A stretch of 40,887 nucleotides of DNA from a virus (taxonomy: Duplodnaviria > Caudoviricetes). This document shows, one piece after another, positions 19,093-25,782 of the stretch. Within the stretch, counting starts at the first letter, position 1. Each line of letters opens with the position of its first letter. The position numbers and the translations under genes were made by a program. The stretch covers positions 1 to 40,887 of the IMG/VR virus record IMGVR_UViG_3300048895_000086; one strand, 5' to 3'. Below the pieces are notes generated by a model. It had not been told where the DNA came from and made no database searches. It saw only the letters and a program-made list of their open reading frames with translations.

Positions 19093-20350
19093 ATTTATTC
19101 CTCATCCATTCTTGTTGTCTTTCGATATCTTTATAAGGCTCATAGATGCTAACCTTATGAGTTGCAATGGCATAGCGTAATGCGTCAATGGCGTGATCAT
19201 CCTTTTTCATTGGTTCATCATCGCCTCGCTCACTCTTCTTAGAATCCCATACATACGTTTCAATCTCTTTGATTAGATTTGTGCATGTGTTGCAGATGAA
19301 TAGATTGCCTCGCTGCATCTCCGTAGTGACCATCTGAATGCCGTCTAAGACCTCATTATTAGCGTCGATAGGTATTAGGCCAGCTCTGCGCAATTCTGTC
19401 TTAAATGAAGCCGCTGAGGGATCTATATATAGTTGCTGCACGTTGTAATCTTGCAGGAATTCGACGACATCTTTACAGAATTCACCGTTAGTCTTAGCTT
19501 TCTGCGTCACTTTCGGGTTCCAGTAATATTCCTTCTCAACCCATAGTTTCTGCCCTTCCTGGGTATATTTCCCAGTGCTCACTCCGATAAGCAGACAAGC
19601 GAAAGGATTGCTAGCACCGTAATCAATAGCAGCGATGTAATACTCAGCAGCAGCAGGCGGTTTACGTAATACATGTATCGATCGATCGAAGAAATCGAAA
19701 ATTGCTCCTTCCGCAAGACACCACATGCCCAAATAATTGCGTTTATAGAATACGCCAGACAAGCTATTGCGAATGCGCTCTTTATAATCTTCGGGCACAT
19801 AAGGGTTATCATCCAAAGTAAAATGCATTTGATAGTAGTTCTTATCCCCTGCAATGGCCTTGTCTATCCATTGCTTGACCTTATGTGTAGGGTGACTAGG
19901 GTTCATCGTTGCGTAGGCTTGTGACCACTCGCAAGAAAGTCGTGTATCGATCATATCGATGATGGATTCGGGGTATAAAGTAATCTCATCACAATAAGTA
20001 AGAGAGTGAGTGTCGCCCTGGAAGTTACCGATAGCGCCTTCGTCTTTCGCGCCAAGTACAGTGATCACCTTATCACGATAATAAAGCTTCTTCCCTGACC
20101 ATGTGCAGAATGGACGGAATATGGCTAACTGATCCGTCTCCATAATCAAACGCACGACATTGCGATATGCTGTATCGAATGTGTGGCCTACGATGTATAT
20201 CTTGGAATCAGGGCAGGTGGCAGCCTTGACCATAAACTTGAATACAGTGCCTACCGTTTTCCCTGTTCGAACGGCTCCATGCGCTAGATTCCATCGGGCT
20301 TCACCTTCACGAATGAATTGTACTTGCTTGGGGGATAGTGGTTCTGGCAT
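19073..20350 (-). CDS. terL: Terminase large subunit (PBSX-like), 425 aa
   Basis: Walker A GAVRTGKT, Walker B YCDE, TMNP, nuclease IDYGASNP, DPSAA, DDHAIDALRY. Confidence 0.95.
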   Translation of the reverse strand: MPEPLSPKQVQFIREGEARWNLAHGAVRTGKTVGTVFKFMVKAATCPDSKIYIVGHTFDTAYRNVVRLIMETDQLAIFRPFCTWSGKKLYYRDKVITVLGAKDEGAIGNFQGDTHSLTYCDEITLYPESIIDMIDTRLSCEWSQAYATMNPSHPTHKVKQWIDKAIAGDKNYYQMHFTLDDNPYVPEDYKERIRNSLSGVFYKRNYLGMWCLAEGAIFDFFDRSIHVLRKPPAAAEYYIAAIDYGASNPFACLLIGVSTGKYTQEGQKLWVEKEYYWNPKVTQKAKTNGEFCKDVVEFLQDYNVQQLYIDPSAASFKTELRRAGLIPIDANNEVLDGIQMVTTEMQRGNLFICNTCTNLIKEIETYVWDSKKSERGDDEPMKKDDHAIDALRYAIATHKVSIYEPYKDIERQQEWMRNKYDIHRK

Positions 20351-20357
20351 GCTGCAA

Positions 20358-20386
20358 AACTTAACTCATGAGGGAATTATGCGCAA
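20358..20386 (-). promoter_or_regulatory. Promoter predicted to give a leaderless terL mRNA
   Basis: TTGCGC-17-TAAGTT-7 nt-ATG; no SD before terL. Confidence 0.45.
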
Positions 20387-20741
20387 TAGAGCTAAATGTA
20401 AAAAGTGTGAATGTATCATCGAAAGTCTGAATCATCAAGATACATGCGAGTGCAAATGTGGCCAAATCAGCGTTTCAGGAGGTGCATTGCTCGGATGTGC
20501 CGCTATTGATTGGTCTAACTTCTTGCGTGTAGACGATGAAGGCAACGTAATCACTCCAACTGTTCAAGACGCTCCTAAAGTTACACGCAACGATCTCTTA
20601 GATGCTTTAGATGAGATGATCAAACGCATCGAAGCGATGCCACCAAATGCTATGATCGTCAGCATCAACCACTATGATTTCTGCTCGTTGCTGGTGCTTT
20701 TGTCATCCATTTTTCGAGTCGAAGATAAAGCGGATAGCTGA
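20379..20741 (+). CDS. Zn-ribbon protein, 120 aa, inverted between terS and terL
   Basis: GAGGG RBS then MRNRAKCKKC...CECKCGQISVSGG; 3' end overlaps the terS 3' end by 70 nt. Confidence 0.7.
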   Translation: MRNRAKCKKCECIIESLNHQDTCECKCGQISVSGGALLGCAAIDWSNFLRVDDEGNVITPTVQDAPKVTRNDLLDALDEMIKRIEAMPPNAMIVSINHYDFCSLLVLLSSIFRVEDKADS

Positions 20742-21166
20742 TCAAGTACGGCATCGAATTTAGCTTGTAGACCTAGAGCATCAGAAGATTCAATCTCTTT
20801 ATCGATTCTCTTTTTGAAGCGTTCAAACTCTTTAGCTAAATCATGATCAAATGTTTTTTCTTCTCTATTAGCATCTACAAAAAACTTATCATAAACATGG
20901 TGATTTTTATTATATGCAGCATCTGACATTTCTTTAGCAGAGTTAGCTTCTTCTCTTCTACCTGCAATATAAGTTTTAGCTATTTTGTACGCCCGAGATA
21001 AGTCTTCATCTTCTTTAGACATAGCTAATAAATAATCCGAGTGAATTTCAGGATTAAGTGAAGTACAAAAACAATTAAGATTCATAGAATCAGGTAATCT
21101 AGCCCATGCTAGAAGTAGTTCAGCTAAATTAGATCTATCATGCTTTCGCGGGCTTCCCATAACCAT
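20672..21166 (-). CDS. Probable terminase small subunit (~164 aa)
   Basis: Position upstream of terL, GxPRK start, HTH-like then helical region; ATG coupled to the upstream TAA. Confidence 0.55.
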   Translation of the reverse strand: MVMGSPRKHDRSNLAELLLAWARLPDSMNLNCFCTSLNPEIHSDYLLAMSKEDEDLSRAYKIAKTYIAGRREEANSAKEMSDAAYNKNHHVYDKFFVDANREEKTFDHDLAKEFERFKKRIDKEIESSDALGLQAKFDAVLDQLSALSSTRKMDDKSTSNEQKS

Positions 21167-21501
21167 TAGAAAGGGCACTCCTGAATAAATGAAGTTTGTT
21201 CATATTGCTGTGGTTTAGGCTGAGATGGGGAAACCTGTCCCCCACCTTGAATTGACCTTACATGAGCTTTAATCATTGAGTCAAGCTCTTCCTTCTCGCT
21301 ATTGCTATCTAGAGTTAAGCATGACTCGAACTTATCACCAACTTTAAAGCTTCCTGAAGCAGGGAAGAAGCTAGTGCCATCTTTTGTGGGTATAATCTTA
21401 TATCTAGCAATCAGCTTGCCATAGAGCTTGACTGTGGCAATGCCTAGGTGTTTTTCTTGAGGTGTGGGTTCGTATTTAATAAATTCAAATTTGGGGTTCA
21501 T
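21166..21501 (-). CDS. SpoVG/PC4-like nucleic-acid-binding protein, probable SSB, 111 aa
   Basis: LGIATV.L...KII..KDG.FF pattern like SpoVG; G/Q/P linker and C-terminal ECPF tail. Confidence 0.55.
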   Translation of the reverse strand: MNPKFEFIKYEPTPQEKHLGIATVKLYGKLIARYKIIPTKDGTSFFPASGSFKVGDKFESCLTLDSNSEKEELDSMIKAHVRSIQGGGQVSPSQPKPQQYEQTSFIQECPF

Positions 21502-21633
21502 CTAGCATTTCCCTTTCATTTTCTTAGCGCGATCAACAATTTTGTCATTTTTCTTATCAGCCTTGAGGAGTGAAGAAAGTTCTTTTCCTTCTTTGGCATT
21601 TACTTTTTGAATCTTTTTAATTTTAGCATCCAT
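21502..21633 (-). CDS. Small Lys-rich protein, 43 aa (MDAKIKKIQK...KMKGKC)
   Basis: Hand-translated; GAGG upstream; abuts the next gene. Confidence 0.6.
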   Translation of the reverse strand: MDAKIKKIQKVNAKEGKELSSLLKADKKNDKIVDRAKKMKGKC

Positions 21634-21820
21634 ACCGGTTCACTTCCTCCTCGTCTTGTTGCTTTACTTTTTCTTTACATTCCCTGAGATATGACATACT
21701 TTTTTCCATAGTTACCCCAAGCATAATCAAAGCTTTTTCAGAATTTTCATTCTGAAGATTATATCCAATGTCACTTAATAAAGAGTTGTTTTTCTTTAAG
21801 AATTCGATAAGCTCATCCAT
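21623..21820 (-). CDS. Helical-hairpin mini-protein, 65 aa (array member)
   Basis: IEFL...LQN...ALIMLG; TAATG coupling. Confidence 0.7.
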   Translation of the reverse strand: MDELIEFLKKNNSLLSDIGYNLQNENSEKALIMLGVTMEKSMSYLRECKEKVKQQDEEEVNRYGC

Positions 21821-21987
21821 TAAACGTCCCCATTACTACAATTTTTCATTTGGTCTCTTAAATATTCTAAGTGTGTCACGATAGCTCCCAGAGAAAATGC
21901 TACATCAATAGGATTATTTTGAAATATACCTGGCAGTTCGCACATCGTCTCGATGCATTGATCTAAAAGTTCAATTGGATCTTTCAT
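21820..21987 (-). CDS. Helical-hairpin mini-protein, 55 aa (MKDPIELLDQC...FQNNPIDVAFSLGAIV...)
   Basis: Hand-translated; coupled at both ends. Confidence 0.7.
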   Translation of the reverse strand: MKDPIELLDQCIETMCELPGIFQNNPIDVAFSLGAIVTHLEYLRDQMKNCSNGDV

Positions 21988-22139
21988 TCGTCTTTATCCC
22001 AGAGTTGTATCGTTCTATAAATTTGTCCAAGCTCAAAAGCTGCCTTTATATTAAATTCATTCTGCATGGAATTTCTTACGTTAATTAAGCTTTCCGATAA
22101 ATATTCTAAAAGCTCTATTTCGTCATGTTTTGCAGTCAT
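21984..22139 (-). CDS. Helical-hairpin mini-protein, 51 aa (MTAKHDEIELLEYL...MQNEFNIKAAFELGQI...)
   Basis: Hand-translated; ATGA overlaps; GAGG RBS. Confidence 0.7.
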   Translation of the reverse strand: MTAKHDEIELLEYLSESLINVRNSMQNEFNIKAAFELGQIYRTIQLWDKDE

Positions 22140-22330
22140 TTTTCCTCAAATTCTTGTCCATTATTTTCATCCATTTTGATAAAGCATTTGATTTGCTCAA
22201 GCCTTCCGCTAATTTTCCCAAGTAAGAAAGCGCAGCCTGCAACGTTTGTATGTGTAGTGTGATCGCCTAATTCCTCAACAGCAAAACCAATATCGTCTAT
22301 AATTTCCTGTACTTCTTCAGAGAGAGTCAT
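22136..22330 (-). CDS. Helical-hairpin mini-protein, 64 aa (...GCAFLLGKI...)
   Basis: ATGA overlaps; GAGG RBS. Confidence 0.7.
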   Translation of the reverse strand: MTLSEEVQEIIDDIGFAVEELGDHTTHTNVAGCAFLLGKISGRLEQIKCFIKMDENNGQEFEEK

Positions 22331-22569
22331 TTTTCCTCAAATTCTTTAACTTGATTACACACATGCTCACATTGCTCAATAATCGCGTCTAGCCCATCAC
22401 TTCCAAAATGCCGATTGTGTATCGTACAGTCTAGCACGTCAAAAAGATATTCTAAAAGCTCCCTAAGTTCGCAAATAGCATCTGTGTCCGGCTGAGTCGA
22501 TAAAAGCTCAAGAGCAGCCGTGCAACACTGTATCATAGCTAGCGAGTGATGATCAATGTATGTTGTCAT
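22327..22569 (-). CDS. Small helical Cys/His-rich protein, 80 aa
   Basis: Shares ELLEYL and EFEEK with neighbours. Confidence 0.7.
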   Translation of the reverse strand: MTTYIDHHSLAMIQCCTAALELLSTQPDTDAICELRELLEYLFDVLDCTIHNRHFGSDGLDAIIEQCEHVCNQVKEFEEK

Positions 22570-22718
22570 TTTCCCTCAATTATTTCTATGATTTCAAATT
22601 GAGACAAACGCCTAAAGTTAGCATCAAAAACTAGGGTATCATGACAATTTTTATCATAAAAAGAGGGATTATTTGCACAAAATTGTCTTATAAGATTATC
22701 TTCTTCTTCGTTTGTCAT
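22566..22718 (-). CDS. Hypothetical 50-aa protein (MTNEEEDNLIRQFC...IEGK)
   Basis: Hand-translated; ATGA coupling on both sides. Confidence 0.6.
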   Translation of the reverse strand: MTNEEEDNLIRQFCANNPSFYDKNCHDTLVFDANFRRLSQFEIIEIIEGK

Positions 22719-22798
22719 TTGCCCTCGGTTTTATAGAGTAAAACGCATGCGATAATCAGCACTGTTACAGTGATTAAAAGCGACAACCAACAACTCAT
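22715..22798 (-). CDS. 27-aa single-TM peptide (MSCWLSLLITVTVLIIACVLLYKTEGK)
   Basis: Exactly fills the gap with ATGA overlaps on both sides. Confidence 0.55.
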   Translation of the reverse strand: MSCWLSLLITVTVLIIACVLLYKTEGK

Positions 22799-23433
22799 TT
22801 AGCCAACATTTTTTTAAGCGCTAGTGAATAAGTATTTGCGAATAGTTTAAGCGTTCCGGCTGCACATTCCATATGTTCTTGCCTATCTTCACGCTGGCAT
22901 AGACGTAGACTCTCGAGATTTGCACTGAGTATGGATAGGTCAGATTCAAGTTTCTCTAGAGCCGATGGGCTAAATATGCTAGTCATACGTATTGCGTTTT
23001 CGTTCATAGTCATTTTTATAGATTCCACGGTTATAATCGTGCAAGGATTTTCTGAATATTTTTGAGTCGCATAAAGTTCCACGATTTGCGCATCATCTCG
23101 CCATAGGATACCGTTCGCAATATCCCAAAATTTGATCAGATTATCAATATCGGGCTTTATGGAAGGTCTTATCAAACCATGTAATTTCGCATTCTTTTGC
23201 CATTTTGCGGACGTTTCTTGCAGTTGCATATGAAACTCTAGCCTAACGCTCAATGGATCGCTAAAAAGGGCCTTAAAATCGCCCGGCGGCTCTTGCAATG
23301 CTAGCATGCTAAGCTCATGCCTTTTTAATTGCATAATCTTATCTTGAGAATCGTATGCCATCGCATGACCGCCTCTAACTGCAAACTTCGGCCGGGCTTT
23401 TGCTATCGGGTTTCCGGGGATTACTATTCTCAT
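22795..23433 (-). CDS. rusA: RusA-family Holliday junction resolvase with helical C-terminal extension
   Basis: IPGNPIAKARP, KPDIDNLIK..D..NG..W.DDAQIV. Confidence 0.92.
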   Translation of the reverse strand: MRIVIPGNPIAKARPKFAVRGGHAMAYDSQDKIMQLKRHELSMLALQEPPGDFKALFSDPLSVRLEFHMQLQETSAKWQKNAKLHGLIRPSIKPDIDNLIKFWDIANGILWRDDAQIVELYATQKYSENPCTIITVESIKMTMNENAIRMTSIFSPSALEKLESDLSILSANLESLRLCQREDRQEHMECAAGTLKLFANTYSLALKKMLAK

Positions 23434-23587
23434 TTTTCAGCCTATGGTAACGTTCAGCCTGCCATCCGCGGGCTTGGTTGAGAAACTCTGCGTAGCAAGC
23501 GGTGCATGTATGGCGACGGTAACCATGTGGCATGTACTGGTATTCGTCTAGCAGGCGAAAAACTTGGCAGACGTTGCATTGTTTCAC
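23375..23587 (-). CDS. Small Zn-finger protein, 70 aa
   Basis: KQCNVC...CTAC; GGAG RBS. Confidence 0.55.
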   Translation of the reverse strand: MKQCNVCQVFRLLDEYQYMPHGYRRHTCTACYAEFLNQARGWQAERYHRLKNENSNPRKPDSKSPAEVCS

Positions 23588-23625
23588 TTTTGGCAGTCTC
23601 CAATTTTTAAGTTAAATGTTAAAAT

Positions 23626-24063
23626 TCACTCCTGTCTTTCTACCCATTCATGCATTTTAAACCCATAATAAATATTCAATACTGAGCTAAAAGCCTTAGC
23701 AGAGATGTATCCTTTAGTCGTTAGAGTGTCAAAAATATCCTCAACGAAAGTGCTGTCAAATCTTTTATTCTCTTTTGCAAATTTAAATATCTCATCAAAA
23801 ATAAACCAATTTTCATCGTCCAACGTCAATGGAATATCAATATCTTTGTATTTTCCTGGCCTAGATTTTTTAACTTTTTCTTTTTCTTCTTTCTTCTTAT
23901 TTTCTTTAAACTCTTTAAAATCAGACTTTTCCATAAATAAGTCATATTCTTCCTGCAAAAGAATCATTAGTTCCGTTTCTCCTCCGGCATCTGGATGAAG
24001 GATCTTAGCTAGCTTACGGAATAATTTTTTAGCGTCATCGGCTGAATTACATTTATGAAACAT
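23626..24063 (-). CDS. J-domain (DnaJ-like) protein, 145 aa
   Basis: AKKLFRKLAKILHPDAGG..ELMILLQEEY: helix II-HPD-helix III. Confidence 0.85.
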   Translation of the reverse strand: MFHKCNSADDAKKLFRKLAKILHPDAGGETELMILLQEEYDLFMEKSDFKEFKENKKKEEKEKVKKSRPGKYKDIDIPLTLDDENWFIFDEIFKFAKENKRFDSTFVEDIFDTLTTKGYISAKAFSSVLNIYYGFKMHEWVERQE

Positions 24064-24913
24064 TTTTTTCCCACCATCTGCCTTCGAGAGTTTTTCTCAG
24101 ATATCCAATAATATTTGTTATCGGTTTATTTTTTTCTTTCATCTTTGGGATCATTTTTTGCACATAGCCGGAGGCTAGGGAAAGCTCTTGTTGTGAAAAA
24201 TTTTGAGTAATTGTTGAGGCTCCAAGGATATCGCAGCCCATTTGCATTAGCCAATTGAACATTCTTGTTTGCGAAGAAACAACAGAATCCACTGGATCTG
24301 AAGAACAGACAGAAACGGCCTCAGCCGTGGAGTGTTGTTCTTTATACAGGGGAGTATTAGAACAAGATGTATTAGTTCGCTCACCTGGTGAGTCACTCCT
24401 TCTAGAGTCTGGCTCATGTGGTGAGTCACTACCCCCATCTGGCTCATGTGGTGAGTCAGTACTAACCTTATTCTTTTTCAAAAAAAAGAATGCACGGTTG
24501 TAATTCCAAATATTTTTTATCAAGGTCTTGTGATAAATGTAGCCAATTTTTTTACCTTTCACCTCTTTGACTTTTTTATGCTCAGTAATTGAAATAAGAG
24601 GGTTTCCATCCAATTGATGAAACTTTTGTTGAAGTTCCTTTTTGCACTTTATGACTGCGCCTTCGCTCATATTTGCAATTTCTGCAAGATTTTCGGTATT
24701 TCTCCAACAAACATTTTCATTTCCGGCAATGCTTCGCATGACTGTGTAAAGGTGGCATGCAAATACGGAAAGTCTTTTTACAATTTTTTCTCCCGTTTTT
24801 TCATCAATTTCATCATATGTTAGATGATCTATGACATTAGGGCGCATTGTGTAATTGCTTGGCTCTGAATTTTCAAGGGCAAAAGCATATTGTTCTGCTA
24901 GAAGTGGTTCCAT
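24053..24913 (-). CDS. Replication initiator (winged-HTH, lambda O-like architecture), ~286 aa
   Basis: CWRNTENLAEIANMSEGAVIKCKKEL HTH, internal iterons in the linker, C-terminal IIGYLRKTLE..W. Confidence 0.8.
   Translation of the reverse strand: MEPLLAEQYAFALENSEPSNYTMRPNVIDHLTYDEIDEKTGEKIVKRLSVFACHLYTVMRSIAGNENVCWRNTENLAEIANMSEGAVIKCKKELQQKFHQLDGNPLISITEHKKVKEVKGKKIGYIYHKTLIKNIWNYNRAFFFLKKNKVSTDSPHEPDGGSDSPHEPDSRRSDSPGERTNTSCSNTPLYKEQHSTAEAVSVCSSDPVDSVVSSQTRMFNWLMQMGCDILGASTITQNFSQQELSLASGYVQKMIPKMKEKNKPITNIIGYLRKTLEGRWWEKNVS
24379..24461. repeat. Three iterons; putative replication origin
   Basis: GCTCA(CC/TG)TGGTGAGTCA at 24379, 24412 and 24442 (33- and 30-bp spacing), each with a CTCA..TGAG dyad; AT-rich tract follows. 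Confidence 0.8.
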
Positions 24914-25020
24914 TAGCAAGCCCCCCCAAAAAAATTGACATAAAAATTAGGGATTGTGCTAAATTTGGGTAGCATGGTAGGCTGGTTGAGCCTCAAGGCA
25001 AGTTGATATATAGAATACAT
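24913..25020 (-). CDS. 35-aa leader peptide coupled to the initiator (MYSIYQLALRLNQPTMLPKFSTIPNFYVNFFGGAC)
   Basis: GAGG RBS; its TAA overlaps the initiator ATG (TAATG). Confidence 0.55.
   Translation of the reverse strand: MYSIYQLALRLNQPTMLPKFSTIPNFYVNFFGGAC
24935..24965 (+). promoter_or_regulatory. Antisense promoter
   Basis: TTGACA and TGc-TAAATT extended -10 (19-nt spacer, suboptimal). Confidence 0.5.
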
Positions 25021-25185
25021 GTTTCCTCAGTATTTGTTGATAAAGGGCTGTGGATTGACTACATTTTATTTTACCTCCTTGGCGTTTAGATAGTAATCGT
25101 TGGTCTATTTCGATTACTCTTTTAAGTACCTGTTTTCTCTCTCTTACGAAGCGCCCCACTCCCACAATCGGGGCGCTTTTCATTT
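24972..25185 (+). ncRNA. Predicted ~210-nt countertranscript antisense to the initiator leader
   Basis: Plus-strand promoter and plus-strand terminator with no plus ORF of 60 aa or more in the track between them. Confidence 0.5.
25149..25185 (+). terminator. Intrinsic terminator
   Basis: AAGCGCCCC-12 nt-GGGGCGCTT followed by TTCATTT. Confidence 0.65.
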
Positions 25186-25194
25186 CACTCGATC

Positions 25195-25223
25195 ACTCTA
25201 AATCTTCTAAATATTCTTATCAA
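25195..25223 (-). promoter_or_regulatory. Promoter for leader/initiator mRNA
   Basis: TTGATA-17-TAGAGT. Confidence 0.55.
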
Positions 25224-25233
25224 TCGAAAAGCA

Positions 25234-25321
25234 TTGCATAAAAATTCTTTAAAAAGTAGGATGGCCGCATCTTGTTAGGTATGGTGAATACCCTTTCCCC
25301 GGTCGTATGCCGGGGTTTTTT
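25234..25321 (+). ncRNA. Promoter plus ~55-nt sRNA plus terminator (OOP-like position)
   Basis: TTGCAT-17-TAGGAT; GGTAT/ATACC hairpin; CCCCGG-7-CCGGGG-T6 terminator with a U-tract only on plus. Confidence 0.6.
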
Positions 25322-25323
25322 AT

Positions 25324-25566
25324 TTATGAACCTAAAGCTATTTCTTCCATTGGATCATTCTGAATTTCTGGCTTAGTCTCCGGAAATGGAAGAATTTCAG
25401 CCAAAGTCACTTTTCCATTAGTTGCCCTTTCTAAATCTCTAGCAAACCACTTGCTTACTTTTTTGCCAGCTTTAGCAATCGTTATCTGCGCTCTGCTGCA
25501 CCCTAATTTCTTTGCTAACTCAGAGCTAGTGATCTTATTAAAATACATATAGTCACATAGTTTCAT
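25324..25566 (-). CDS. Cro/YdaS-like HTH regulator, 80 aa
   Basis: ITSSELAKKLGCSRAQI...ARDLERATNGKVTLAEI. Confidence 0.88.
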   Translation of the reverse strand: MKLCDYMYFNKITSSELAKKLGCSRAQITIAKAGKKVSKWFARDLERATNGKVTLAEILPFPETKPEIQNDPMEEIALGS

Positions 25567-25582
25567 GGTGTCCCCCTATTTT

Positions 25583-25680
25583 TGGCTACACTATACATGT
25601 ACGACATATTTTAGCCAACTGAAAAGATTTTCCTATTTTAACTGTTGACGATAATCTAGCCATGTGCTATATTTTAGCCA
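25583..25680. promoter_or_regulatory. Divergent early promoters with four TAGCCA boxes (putative operators)
   Basis: Minus TTGGCT-17-TATAGT; plus TTGACG-17-TATATT; boxes at 25583 (inverted), 25612, 25657 and 25675; ATATTTTAGCCA twice. Confidence 0.75.
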
Positions 25681-25688
25681 TATTAAGC

Positions 25689-25750
25689 ATGCTTCCTGGT
25701 GGCCGAAACGAAAGAGTTCGGCAGGTTGAGCGGTTTAGGTAGAGAAGTGT
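25689..25750 (+). ncRNA. Structured leader of the early rightward operon
   Basis: ATGCTTC/GAAGTGT outer stem, GCCGAA/TTCGGC inner stem. Confidence 0.4.
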
Positions 25751-25782
25751 CCAAATTACAGTAATTAAATAGAGTAAACGAT

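Noticed and set aside
24379-24461. Mini-CRISPR array
   Set aside because: Spacers are far too short, repeats are in frame within rep, and no cas genes; iterons fit better
25059-25064. TAG recoding suggested by ATG-TAG after a perfect SD
   Set aside because: Read-through gives only 23 codons, TAG ends many normal genes here, and there is no suppressor tRNA
24959-25183. 74-aa minus-strand ORF as a protein gene
   Set aside because: No SD, starts at the edge of the terminator hairpin ~5 nt from the predicted TSS, no recognisable features; a near-leaderless regulatory uORF cannot be excluded
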